From NCBI GenBank assembly GCA_038728585.1, contig JAVYTR010000002.1, positions 228,354-292,353 on the forward strand: 64,000 bases of DNA. The letters run 5' to 3'. The notes beneath the pieces were generated by a model, which did not search any database, was not told where the DNA came from, and saw nothing but the letters and a program-made list of their open reading frames with translations. Numbering within the stretch: the first letter of the stretch is position 1; the number at the start of each line of letters is the position of its first letter. Made by a program: the position numbers and the translations under genes. Positions 54,405-63,779 of this stretch are shown here, piece after piece. The stretch comes from Conexivisphaerales archaeon (GTDB lineage: Archaea > Thermoproteota > Nitrososphaeria > Conexivisphaerales > DTJL01).

Positions 54405-55397
54405 TTACGATTCCTCTCCTCGCGTATATATGGTGGTCTTCCTTAACGACAAAGTGACCGTTCCATCTATCTGACCTACTGTGTATGAAATCTTCATCAG
54501 GAAGTCTAATAAGGTGAAACCGATGACTTCAGTAACCGTTGAAGCTTTCCTACGGAGAGATGAATAAACGAAGAATAAAAAGATAGTCAACCCGATTACT
54601 AGTAAGGACATCGTTGCTCCAGCATAGTAGCCTGTAAACAGCAACATCACTCCGTAGACAATAGCTAGGCTTGAAAAGAGATACCTATTCTTCTTGTTAA
54701 CCTTAATCTCATATGCTACTCTTCTCTTACCGGCGAAATACTCTTTCTTCAGCAAGTCTCTGATCGTTTCAGGCTTTCTATGGTACCAGTTTATTCCCTC
54801 CACGTACGCTATTCTAAAACCTAGAGCCTTTACTCTGCTGCAGAGGTCTTTGTCTTCCCCCTGGTCAAGCGATTCGTCATAACCTTTAACCATTACAAGA
54901 CATTCTCTTCTGTACACCCAGGCCCAGTCAGGCTCACGACCTGCAGGCATTCTCTCATCAGTAGAACCATAAGATTTGTAGAATTTGTTTAGTAAGCTGT
55001 TAGTCGTCACTAGCGCTGTCCCACCCAAGCATACCCCACCGTAATCTGGCGATGCCTGTAAAGCTCGAACAGCCTTGCTGATGTATTCTTCTTCATAGAG
55101 ATCATCGCCGTCTGCGAACATTATTATCGAAGCAGAGGTATTCTGCCATCCTATGTTTCTGGCCTCTGACCTCCCAACACCTTCACAGTACACTATTCTT
55201 GCATCTTTGACGTTTTTAATGTAATCATTAACTTTAAGCACTGTATCGTCCTTTGAGTTATTGTCACATACAACTATTATTTCCTTATTTGGATATGTCT
55301 GCGCCGAAAGAGTTGAAAGAGTTTGGACGATGGTTTTACCATTATTATACGCTGTAACTATGATTCCTACCAGGGGAAACTCTTCCATATTGCTCAT
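54405..55397 (-). CDS. family 2 glycosyltransferase with C-terminal TM helices (Dol-P-sugar synthase-like architecture)
   Basis: 'VGIIVTAYNNGKTI', 'IIVVCDNNSKDDT' and 'MFADGDD', plus ~3 C-terminal TM helices. It is a candidate lipid-carrier-charging or initiating enzyme. Confidence 0.75.
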   Translation of the reverse strand: MSNMEEFPLVGIIVTAYNNGKTIVQTLSTLSAQTYPNKEIIVVCDNNSKDDTVLKVNDYIKNVKDARIVYCEGVGRSEARNIGWQNTSASIIMFADGDDLYEEEYISKAVRALQASPDYGGVCLGGTALVTTNSLLNKFYKSYGSTDERMPAGREPDWAWVYRRECLVMVKGYDESLDQGEDKDLCSRVKALGFRIAYVEGINWYHRKPETIRDLLKKEYFAGKRRVAYEIKVNKKNRYLFSSLAIVYGVMLLFTGYYAGATMSLLVIGLTIFLFFVYSSLRRKASTVTEVIGFTLLDFLMKISYTVGQIDGTVTLSLRKTTIYTRGEES

Positions 55398-55407
55398 TCA
55401 GTCCAGA

Positions 55408-57543
55408 CTAACTAGACCGGAGAATTTTCTCAGCAAGAAAAGTCAACCTTGTTGAGTTTATAGCTTCCGTAAAATCTATGACGCTATTGGGCTTACCTCT
55501 TAGAAGTTTTTCGATCTCAACCAACTCTGCCTCATGCCCCTTATCTATATCCGAAAGATTGTGTACAGAAACGCGTTCTGGGGTATATATCATAAGTTTT
55601 CTGAAGTCTTCTATAACAAAGACCCTGCCGTTTCCAAATACTTCTATCCTCTCTCTTTCCATCGACCTATTCCCCATCGCTGAGTATACAAGATTAGCCA
55701 CAGAACCATCCGGGTACTTAAGCACAAGAACGATGTTGTCTCTTGTAAGTGAGGTGGAGCCGTTTGTCGATAAAGATACAGCGTTAATGTTAGGACTTTG
55801 AAATCCTAGCAGATAATTGAAGAGGTCAATAAAGTGACAACATTCAGCTATGACTCTGCCTCCCCCTATGCTCGGGTCCTGCACCCACCTTGCCAGAGGT
55901 ATATAGTCAGCGTTTACCCTGTAATTAATAAGAAAGGGAGGACTCAATTTCTTCATCTCTTCCTTCATTTTTAAGACAAGAGAAGAATACCTTCTGTTGA
56001 AACCGACGATTATTGGTACTTTTGTTTCAGCCTGAACCTTTGTTATTTCTTCCAATTCTTCTTCGCTTATGCACAGAGGCTTCTCCACAAATACAGCTTT
56101 CCCACTCAGGGCTGCTTTTACCGTCATTGGATAATGCAGATTGTTTGGAGTTGTTATTATAACCAGATCTATGCTTTTATCTCTGATCATTTCTTCGTAG
56201 TCAGTACCATACTTTTTGAATCCATACCTCTCTGCAACTCTTTTGGCATGTAAAGGATTCGAGGAAACAACCCACTCTAGGTTATAGTTTCTGTTCTTTC
56301 TGAGCAGAGGGATAAGTATCTCCTTTGCAAAGTTGCCCGGACCAACCAATCCAACGTTGATGGCGCCTGTTATTGTTCTAGTTTTCAATTGAACCGTAGC
56401 AACTGGAGGTTCTGTGGTTTGTGTGTTATACTCAAGCAAGACGGCGACCTTGGATTCCTTCATCAAAGTTTCATAGGCCTCTTCTGCTCTCTGTATAGGA
56501 AAAGTAGATGCTACCAAGTCGGAAACCTTCAATTTCCCGTTCTTCAGCAATTGTAGAAAGGACTCCATATTGCGATTCAGCGTCCATCTTACATATCCTA
56601 TGGGATAATCGACCGATCTATCTTCATAAACAGGGTCGTATCTGCCAGGCCCCAGCGACCTGGACATCCTCACCTCTATCTCCTTCTGATAGTAGTCCTT
56701 TCTGTCAAAGTTCATTCCTACTCTGCCAACTATCGTGACCACGCCTCTATCACGCAACAGCTTTCCTGCTAGGTTTACTGGTTCGCTACTTGGAGTAGCA
56801 GCACAAATAATCACGCGGTCTAAACCTCTGCTAAGTGTAAAGCTCTGAACCTTGCTTTCCAGTAAAGGGTCGCTAGGCGTCAGCGCTATTGAGGCACCCG
56901 ACTGGATAGCAAGTCTCAGCCTATCCTCTCTTTGGTCTATTGCCACTACTTCGCATCCCGCTGCGTTTGCTATCTGGATGACCAAATTTCCAACCAGACC
57001 TGCACCTATTACGCCCACCTTTTCGCCAATTTGTGCTCCAGAAGTTCTAAATCCATGGAGAGCTATTGCACCTATGGTAGTGAACGATGCTTCAGGCATA
57101 GACACTTCTTGAGGAACCTTTACTAGCAGATTACGTGGCACAGATACGTATTCTGCGTGGCAGGCTCTTCCTTCGCCTGCGCACGCTACCCTGTCACCCA
57201 ACACTATATCCTTCACATTCTTACCTATCTTAATAACAACACCGGATAAGCTGTACCCAAGCGGCACCTGAGGATTCTTTACAAATTTTACGTAATCAAT
57301 AAATCCAGCTAAACCTTCCCGCCTAACAACATTTCTTGACAACTCTACAGCCTTACCTAATTTGGACCTGTCCTCGATTAGGTCGTTCGGCGTGACGGGT
57401 TCAGTCGACTGTATTGTCCAAGATTCAGTACCTGAACTTATCACCGAGTAATGGGTTTTGACAAGGACCTCGTTGTCGTTCAACGAAGGAACAGGGACGT
57501 CCACGACTTCTACTTTGCCCGCTCTAGCTATTACCTGTTTCAT
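55408..57543 (-). CDS. bi-domain oxidoreductase: MDR/zinc-alcohol-dehydrogenase-like N-terminus fused to a Gfo/Idh/MocA C-terminus
   Basis: The N-terminal half has 'SSGTESWT' and the Rossmann motif 'VGVIGAGLVGNLVIQIA'. The C-terminal half has 'INVGLVGPGNFAKE' and the 'AVFVEKPLCIS' EKP motif. 711 aa. Confidence 0.8.
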   Translation of the reverse strand: MKQVIARAGKVEVVDVPVPSLNDNEVLVKTHYSVISSGTESWTIQSTEPVTPNDLIEDRSKLGKAVELSRNVVRREGLAGFIDYVKFVKNPQVPLGYSLSGVVIKIGKNVKDIVLGDRVACAGEGRACHAEYVSVPRNLLVKVPQEVSMPEASFTTIGAIALHGFRTSGAQIGEKVGVIGAGLVGNLVIQIANAAGCEVVAIDQREDRLRLAIQSGASIALTPSDPLLESKVQSFTLSRGLDRVIICAATPSSEPVNLAGKLLRDRGVVTIVGRVGMNFDRKDYYQKEIEVRMSRSLGPGRYDPVYEDRSVDYPIGYVRWTLNRNMESFLQLLKNGKLKVSDLVASTFPIQRAEEAYETLMKESKVAVLLEYNTQTTEPPVATVQLKTRTITGAINVGLVGPGNFAKEILIPLLRKNRNYNLEWVVSSNPLHAKRVAERYGFKKYGTDYEEMIRDKSIDLVIITTPNNLHYPMTVKAALSGKAVFVEKPLCISEEELEEITKVQAETKVPIIVGFNRRYSSLVLKMKEEMKKLSPPFLINYRVNADYIPLARWVQDPSIGGGRVIAECCHFIDLFNYLLGFQSPNINAVSLSTNGSTSLTRDNIVLVLKYPDGSVANLVYSAMGNRSMERERIEVFGNGRVFVIEDFRKLMIYTPERVSVHNLSDIDKGHEAELVEIEKLLRGKPNSVIDFTEAINSTRLTFLAEKILRSS

Positions 57544-58332
57544 TTACGTTGGCACCGCGCTTGGAATGAGATATTCTTTGTCACTGCAAGCAAACGACTT
57601 GTTGAAGTCTGAGCGATAGGATTCGTAAAAATTAGAAACAATCCTTGCAATAATCAGGGCCAGCCTCTGATGCAGATTAATCTTAGTATCATAAGCTGGA
57701 GTGAAGATTTTCCTTCCTAATCTTAGTTGGTCTCTGTAACGGGCTACTCTGGTAGTGAATGTTCTTAAGCCTTTAACCTTCATAGTGTTACCAGCAAGCT
57801 CAACAATATCATATACCGTCCAGCGGTAAAGGTCTCTTTGTGCTGCTCTACTCCAGAGGTCCCAGTCTTCTGCGAACTGAAGGTCCCTCCATCCCCCCAG
57901 TGACATAATTGTATCCCTAGGTCCTACCGTTATGTTTTGCCTCCAAATACCTGTGCTGTCCGTCGCCACCAATATTTTACCGTCACAGACATGATGGTAA
58001 AGGTTCAAGAACTGCTTCAGGACTGGTCTGAATACCTCGTCCATATCCATGTGAGCTATTATGTATGTTCCTTCGGATTTCTCCAACGCAAGTTGCCTTC
58101 CTTTTCCCCTAGAGCACTTAGTCTCAATAAGCTTTAAGCTACCAGACCTTGCCATATCCCTTAGGTATAATTCTGACCCGTCATTACTTCTGCTGTCCAC
58201 GACAATAACCTCAAACGATTCGTCTATCTGGTCGAAGATACTTTTAAGCGACCTTTCTATCGTCTTCTTGCTATTGAAATTTGTGATGCAGATGCTGTAC
58301 TTGACCGACATACCATTATTAACCCGTGTCAT
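57544..58332 (-). CDS. small family 2 glycosyltransferase (same subfamily as 30398 and 39822)
   Basis: 'YSICITNFNS', 'VIVVDSRSNDGS', 'AHMDMDE' and 'LGGWRDLQFAEDWDLWSRAA'. Confidence 0.8.
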   Translation of the reverse strand: MTRVNNGMSVKYSICITNFNSKKTIERSLKSIFDQIDESFEVIVVDSRSNDGSELYLRDMARSGSLKLIETKCSRGKGRQLALEKSEGTYIIAHMDMDEVFRPVLKQFLNLYHHVCDGKILVATDSTGIWRQNITVGPRDTIMSLGGWRDLQFAEDWDLWSRAAQRDLYRWTVYDIVELAGNTMKVKGLRTFTTRVARYRDQLRLGRKIFTPAYDTKINLHQRLALIIARIVSNFYESYRSDFNKSFACSDKEYLIPSAVPT

Positions 58333-58336
58333 TGAA

Positions 58337-58348
58337 CCTATGTATAGG
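58337..58348. promoter_or_regulatory. 12-bp near-palindrome CCTATGTATAGG in the 24-bp gap between divergent GT2 and RHH genes; candidate operator
   Basis: Arms CCTAT/ATAGG separated by 2 nt. It is the only intergenic DNA between start codons at 58332 (-) and 58357 (+). Confidence 0.2.
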
Positions 58349-58356
58349 CATAGAAG

Positions 58357-58572
58357 ATGACGTCAGAAGAGGGAAGGGTAGCAGTGAAGATACCTGCTGA
58401 ACTGTTCAAGCAGATACAAGAGGCAATAGCTGGAACAGGATTCGCAACCGTAGACGATTACATAACTTATACGCTCTATGTAAGTCTCGGAAAGAAACCA
58501 ACAAAGACAGATACAAGCCCGGATGATGAGCAGCGGGTCTTTGACCAGTTACGATCTCTTGGTTATCTCTAA
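58357..58572 (+). CDS. small ribbon-helix-helix (CopG-like) DNA-binding protein
   Basis: 71 aa. 'RVAVKIPAELFKQIQEAIAGTGFATVDDYITYTL' shows a strand-helix-helix pattern. It is the only plus-strand gene within a >20-kb minus-strand array. Confidence 0.55.
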   Translation: MTSEEGRVAVKIPAELFKQIQEAIAGTGFATVDDYITYTLYVSLGKKPTKTDTSPDDEQRVFDQLRSLGYL

Positions 58573-59378
58573 AAGTGACCAAGCGAACCGTCCCTCTTGG
58601 CTCTGTTCAGGCCCCATTTGAATGTATAAAAACCCAAGGGAAGCAAAACGGTTCCAAACATAGCAGCTGTAAGAAAGGCAACAGCTACGCTAGGATCAAA
58701 AATCGACGCACCAGTGAGAGTGGCAAGACGGACTATGTGATAAACCCAGGTCTGAGGAAGTAGCCAGGATACATTGGAAAGTCCTGGTACGAAGTTGTTC
58801 AGATACTGAACTGGAAAGGTCATTCCTGAAAATATCGATGCGGCTACGTTAAGGCCCCATGTTACAGGGTCAGAAGTCTTTGTCACTATTCTGAAGGCTG
58901 TGCTTATCATAGCTAATGAAAAAATTATGCTCCCTGAAATCAACAATGACAGTAAGAAAGAAATTGGATTTATGATCAGTTGAGCCTTGAAGTATACCAC
59001 GGCTACAACCAATTGAGGTATGAAGAGGATCACAGACAGCAGATAAGGCCATATGACCGTGCCCAGAATGAAGGTGGGCGTCCTCAGTCCTGCCATAAGT
59101 ATGGTCTCAATTGTGAAGGGACTTATTCTGTTCTGGACACCCTGTTGCAGTGGTAATATGAGACTTGATATAAGGACGCCAACAATGAGAAAAGAAACGT
59201 AGTTGGTATTATATTCCGTCACTGGCCTATTGACATAGGTTGAATTCAGTCCCCAGCTAATTATCCCCAGAGCACCACCTAGAACGCTGATCATAGCTTG
59301 TGTCTTGTATGTTGACCACCTTGCCATATCTCTCTTCGCCATGGCCCATACTTTATCAAACTCGATTGGTATCTCCAT
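58569..59378 (-). CDS. ABC-2 type exporter permease (copy B)
   Basis: 269 aa and collinear with copy A. Confidence 0.8.
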   Translation of the reverse strand: MEIPIEFDKVWAMAKRDMARWSTYKTQAMISVLGGALGIISWGLNSTYVNRPVTEYNTNYVSFLIVGVLISSLILPLQQGVQNRISPFTIETILMAGLRTPTFILGTVIWPYLLSVILFIPQLVVAVVYFKAQLIINPISFLLSLLISGSIIFSLAMISTAFRIVTKTSDPVTWGLNVAASIFSGMTFPVQYLNNFVPGLSNVSWLLPQTWVYHIVRLATLTGASIFDPSVAVAFLTAAMFGTVLLPLGFYTFKWGLNRAKRDGSLGHF

Positions 59379-60439
59379 TACCTGCTCGCCTCCAGATTCA
59401 GTTTCAGAAAAGCCTCTTCAAGCGTTGGTTGCATAGACTCCAGCATATTGATTTCAAGACCGAACGAAGATACCTTATCGAAGAGCTCGTTATAGTTGAG
59501 ATTCTTGTTCCCTTCCAGATTTATTCTTACATGACCTTCATCATCAAAGTTATCCCTCACTTCGACAGAGCTTATACCCTTAACCTTAAGAAGTGATTCA
59601 GTTACTTCTGAAATGCGTTCATGCGCGAAATTTGAAACGAGCATTGATATGTTTACTTTATCTGCAACCATGTCTTTTATCTCCCTTGGAGTACCTATCG
59701 CGATTATTCTCCCTTTCTTGAGCAGAGCTATCCTGTCACATATCTGTTCGGCTTCCCAAAGGTTATGTGTGGCAAGGAGTATTGTCTTCTTCTGTCTATC
59801 CGCAAGGTCATGCCTGATTAGCTTCCTGAATTCGGAAGCAGCTAACGGGTCAAGGGAAGCCGTAGGCTCATCAAAGAGAAGAATTGACGCGTTTGTAAGG
59901 AGGGCCCTGCACAAGAGTAGTTTTCTCATCATCCCTGTTGAGTATCTTTGAAACATTACGTTTGCACTTTCCGTCATGTTGGTGAACTTTAACAGGTTAT
60001 CGATTCTTTCTCTAGCTTCTTTTTTTGGTATACCGTACAGTTCTGCAAAAAACTCTAAATTAGCTCTTCCTGTAAGTCTTCTGTCGAATCCGATCGATTC
60101 TGACAGAACCGTCTGAAGTCTTTTGACGGCCGCTCTCGGTCTTTTAACTATATCTATCCCATCAACCACAGCTCTGCCCGAGTCGGGCAGAACAAGCGTA
60201 GAGAGTATCTTGATCAACGTGGTCTTTCCTGCACCGTTAGGTCCTAGGAGACCGAAGACTTCGCCTCTTCTTACCTGAAATGTAACTCCGTCTAAAGCCA
60301 AGACTCTCTTCGAACCTTTGCCGGTAATTTTTCTGAAGAAGTTGAATATGTTAATTGCTGCACCATGACCTATTCTTAGATCGGAATATACCCTATACGA
60401 CTTGCTCAATTGAAATACTTCCAGGGCGTTATCCGACAA
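59378..60439 (-). CDS. ABC exporter ATPase (copy B)
   Basis: 'GPNGAGKTT', 'YSTGMMRKL' and 'LLFDEPTASLD'. It has the same architecture as copy A. TTG start. Confidence 0.9.
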   Translation of the reverse strand: MSDNALEVFQLSKSYRVYSDLRIGHGAAINIFNFFRKITGKGSKRVLALDGVTFQVRRGEVFGLLGPNGAGKTTLIKILSTLVLPDSGRAVVDGIDIVKRPRAAVKRLQTVLSESIGFDRRLTGRANLEFFAELYGIPKKEARERIDNLLKFTNMTESANVMFQRYSTGMMRKLLLCRALLTNASILLFDEPTASLDPLAASEFRKLIRHDLADRQKKTILLATHNLWEAEQICDRIALLKKGRIIAIGTPREIKDMVADKVNISMLVSNFAHERISEVTESLLKVKGISSVEVRDNFDDEGHVRINLEGNKNLNYNELFDKVSSFGLEINMLESMQPTLEEAFLKLNLEASR

Positions 60440-60456
60440 TGCTGACTCTTCTTAAT

Positions 60457-61638
60457 TCAGTTTCTGAACTTTAGATGCGATTCAATGCTCGCATGTATTT
60501 TTTCAGCTAGTTTGTCCCACGTATAGCTCTGTGCAACTCGCAATGCGTTCTCCCCGATTCTGCGTCTCTCATCTTCGTCTTTGAGTAGTTCTTCAATTTT
60601 AACTGCTAATGAATGTACATCACCCTCTGGGTAAATTTTCCCAGTAAAACCGTCTTCCAATATCTCTGTTACCTGTTTTACGGAGCTTGCTACACATGGT
60701 TTTGCGCACGCCATATACTCTAGAACCTTAAGCGGAGAGCCCATCCCCTTTGACCTTCTTTCACCTGTGCTCCTTGTAAGATTATACGGTGCTACAGCTA
60801 TGTCGAAGGCGTTTATGTATCGATATACAAGCGGGTAAGGTACGGGACCCGTCATGATGATGTTTTCTGTTTTGTAAGAATTGGAAGCACTTGTATGAAG
60901 AGGTCCGACCAGCAGAAATTTGACATCTTTCCTTGTCCTAAAATGCTCAGCTACTCTCACGAGGTCGTCTATGCCATGCCAAGACTGAAAAGTTCCGACG
61001 TAACCTACTATCATAGTTGCATCGTCCATCCCCAGCATCTTTCTTACAGCTTCTCTAGCTCTTCTATCAGGCCTAAAGAGAGTAGTATTGACTGCAGCCT
61101 TAACATAAATTGTCTTTGACTTGGCATATTCAGGAACCATCTTCTCATTATATGCTATAACGAATTTACTTTCAGACATTGAGATCTGGCTGTACTTGGG
61201 TCCGATGAGCTCAAGAACAAGTGGTTTTCTGAGTAGTTTTGAAGCCAGAGCACCTGCGCCAAAGGCTGTCTCCCTTTCTATTATGAAATCCGATCTGTTG
61301 ACCTTTGCTATGTATGAAGTTTCCAATCCTGCATAAAGTGAATAGATGCTCTTGAGATAGAGCGAATAACCAAGTGAAGTTACTCCAAGTTCATTCTTTC
61401 CTTCTGCAACTAGAGCTTCTCTTCTGCTCAGAGGGCCTATCACGCCCCTGTATAGTCTATGAAGCGAAATCCCAGAATAAATTTCTTCACCCTTCTCATG
61501 CGGAGACCTTCTGCATATTACATGCACCTCATCCCCAAGTCTTGAGAATGCCAAAGATAGCTCTAGCACGTGGGTTGACGCCCCACGAACGTTTGGAATG
61601 TGCACATCCGGAACGACGTAGCAGATGCGAAGTTTCAT
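60457..61638 (-). CDS. family 4 glycosyltransferase
   Basis: 'VRGASTHVLELS' N-terminus and 'GMGSPLKVLEYMACAKPCVAS'. Confidence 0.8.
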   Translation of the reverse strand: MKLRICYVVPDVHIPNVRGASTHVLELSLAFSRLGDEVHVICRRSPHEKGEEIYSGISLHRLYRGVIGPLSRREALVAEGKNELGVTSLGYSLYLKSIYSLYAGLETSYIAKVNRSDFIIERETAFGAGALASKLLRKPLVLELIGPKYSQISMSESKFVIAYNEKMVPEYAKSKTIYVKAAVNTTLFRPDRRAREAVRKMLGMDDATMIVGYVGTFQSWHGIDDLVRVAEHFRTRKDVKFLLVGPLHTSASNSYKTENIIMTGPVPYPLVYRYINAFDIAVAPYNLTRSTGERRSKGMGSPLKVLEYMACAKPCVASSVKQVTEILEDGFTGKIYPEGDVHSLAVKIEELLKDEDERRRIGENALRVAQSYTWDKLAEKIHASIESHLKFRN

Positions 61639-63762
61639 TCATTTGTTCACTATGTGCTTTCTTATGAACCATTCAAGCAGCCCTAACCCTACAAAGATGA
61701 TTAGAATAACGGCTCCAAGCGCAACACCAGGAATGACTGATGCCATTGCCTTGAGAGGTATCATATCTGAAATCCTGACAAAACCTGTTCCGGCCACGTA
61801 AGCGCTGAAGAGCGCTAGAAATGTTGCCGAGCTTTTGCCAAGTCTGGAAAAGAGTGCGAAAGGAATGACTCCTGCGTAAAAAGCAGCTGCACCGTGTTGT
61901 GAATAATAGTTCACAGTAGCATTATCCCCAAAGAGCTGCATGAACGTCCCAATGATGTGCCTGATGCCTTCGTATGTCTGACCGCCTGCACCTAATGTAG
62001 GTACACCCGACAAGGTTGCTAGTACCAACTGACTGAACAGATTTCCTAGGTTGCCAGGGTCGACCAGAATAAATAGCCCAGCTCCTACGAACGCGAAGAA
62101 ACCGATGAAGTCCAGCTTGGACCTTGCCTCCTTCGTGGTCAATATACCAAGCAGGAAACCCAGTGAACCAGACAGCATTCTAGGTCTGGTCCCGCCACCA
62201 AAGCCGAGCATTCCCACAGCTGTTGTGTCATGACTGGTGCTGGCATGAAGACCTACAGGGATTCCCAGAAAGACGGTAGTTACTATATAGACCATCTGCG
62301 CAAACAGAAATGTAAGAACAGAAAAGGCCACTGCTTCTGCGATTCCTCCTAACCCCTTTTTACTGCCCTCTATGATTGCGCTTGAAAGAAAGCCCAGAGC
62401 GAAAAAGACAATGACGAACGACATGACGGCTTCAAAGAGAACCACAGGAACATAGATGCTTTCTGGAGTTACCATACCAAGTGGGTTTGTTCGCGGATGT
62501 ATTGTTGAAAGTGTTTTTGTGAGCTGGCTGACGTTGTTCAAAAAGATCAGTGTATAGCTGGGGTAAAGCTGTTGAAGGACTGTTGAATCGTTCTTGTTCA
62601 CGTACTGGGTAAGGACTATGATATGGTAGGCGGAAGTCAGACCCTCCGTATCTAGAGGAGGAGGATAATCAGCCAAGATTATTGCATCGAAAGCTCCCAA
62701 AGTCGACATTGTATCAAATTTATCTGTTCCAGTAACTTGAAGTGGTGTGAGGTAAGTCCAGTTGGCTGCCTGTATATATGGAGCTATAGCCGGCGTAGTC
62801 CCCGGTGTAGAGGCGAGATAAGCTCTCGGTGTTGGTGAAGGGCCGAAAAGAAAAGCAAATCCTATCATCAGGACAGCAGAAAGAACGAAGAACCCAAGCC
62901 ATTTCTTAGAATTAAACGGTCTTAGCTTCAATTTCAGTCTGATGATTCTCAACTTTGACCTGCTGGAGTTATTTGTTAATCCATTTCCTATGAGTGGGTC
63001 TCCTATCTTTTCCCTCGCAAAATTCGTCGCCTTGCTCCAGTAGACCCTATAGTTTCTGTAGAGAAGGATTATAATGGGAACTACGGCAGCAAAAGCTGCT
63101 AGGTAAAGGAAAACAAATACGTCTCTGTATGGTTGTTGGTACAATATCTCCACGTACCTTGGATTGCCGGTTGCTTCTATCGAATAGTAGAGGTGACCAT
63201 TGATCAGGACTTGGTTGCTTACGGACTTCGGGTTGGGGGAAGGATATACAGAATAGATCTGCATTCCTGCGGTTTGTGGTACAAGGATCCCGAACGGTGC
63301 TGGTATGTACGGCGGACCATTAGCTGATACTGTCACAGCAGGAATATCTGCTACGTCCCTGTAGAATATGCTCGGGTCGTTAATGGTTCCCTTGACTATA
63401 AAGTTAAAGTCCTGAACCCCTTCTGGAAAGGTTACAACCAGCTTATTGATTCCGTAGAATCCCTGAGAAGCTGTGAAGTTGGCTCCCTTGGGAAGGCCTA
63501 CTACACCTGTCAGCGTGAAAGAATAAATCACTGTGATCTTTAGATTGCTTGAATTAAACGGAACTATATGCCCCTGCAACTGCAGATTAACTGTATGGTC
63601 TACGCTTCCAAACAAAGAATAGTGCTGCCCCAGCGTAACTTCGTAAACTACGTTGAAGAAAGGCGCCTCTTGCTGGGCTCTACTGTACGTAGTAGGATAT
63701 GCTAATGCTAATGCTAAAGATAGTAATACAGCCGCAAGTAAAATTACACGGTATGGGTTCAA
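61639..63762 (-). CDS. 707-aa polytopic membrane protein with two large extracytoplasmic domains, function unknown
   Basis: Signal peptide 'MNPYRVILLAAVLLSLALALA', a ~190-aa beta-rich domain, a TM helix and a basic loop ('RLKLKLRPFNSKKW'). These are followed by a TM helix, a ~150-aa domain and then ~8 TM helices. No Wzy, AglB (no WWDxG) or flippase motif recognised. TTG start. Confidence 0.55.
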   Translation of the reverse strand: MNPYRVILLAAVLLSLALALAYPTTYSRAQQEAPFFNVVYEVTLGQHYSLFGSVDHTVNLQLQGHIVPFNSSNLKITVIYSFTLTGVVGLPKGANFTASQGFYGINKLVVTFPEGVQDFNFIVKGTINDPSIFYRDVADIPAVTVSANGPPYIPAPFGILVPQTAGMQIYSVYPSPNPKSVSNQVLINGHLYYSIEATGNPRYVEILYQQPYRDVFVFLYLAAFAAVVPIIILLYRNYRVYWSKATNFAREKIGDPLIGNGLTNNSSRSKLRIIRLKLKLRPFNSKKWLGFFVLSAVLMIGFAFLFGPSPTPRAYLASTPGTTPAIAPYIQAANWTYLTPLQVTGTDKFDTMSTLGAFDAIILADYPPPLDTEGLTSAYHIIVLTQYVNKNDSTVLQQLYPSYTLIFLNNVSQLTKTLSTIHPRTNPLGMVTPESIYVPVVLFEAVMSFVIVFFALGFLSSAIIEGSKKGLGGIAEAVAFSVLTFLFAQMVYIVTTVFLGIPVGLHASTSHDTTAVGMLGFGGGTRPRMLSGSLGFLLGILTTKEARSKLDFIGFFAFVGAGLFILVDPGNLGNLFSQLVLATLSGVPTLGAGGQTYEGIRHIIGTFMQLFGDNATVNYYSQHGAAAFYAGVIPFALFSRLGKSSATFLALFSAYVAGTGFVRISDMIPLKAMASVIPGVALGAVILIIFVGLGLLEWFIRKHIVNK

Positions 63763-63779
63763 TGTTTAGCTCTTATCTT

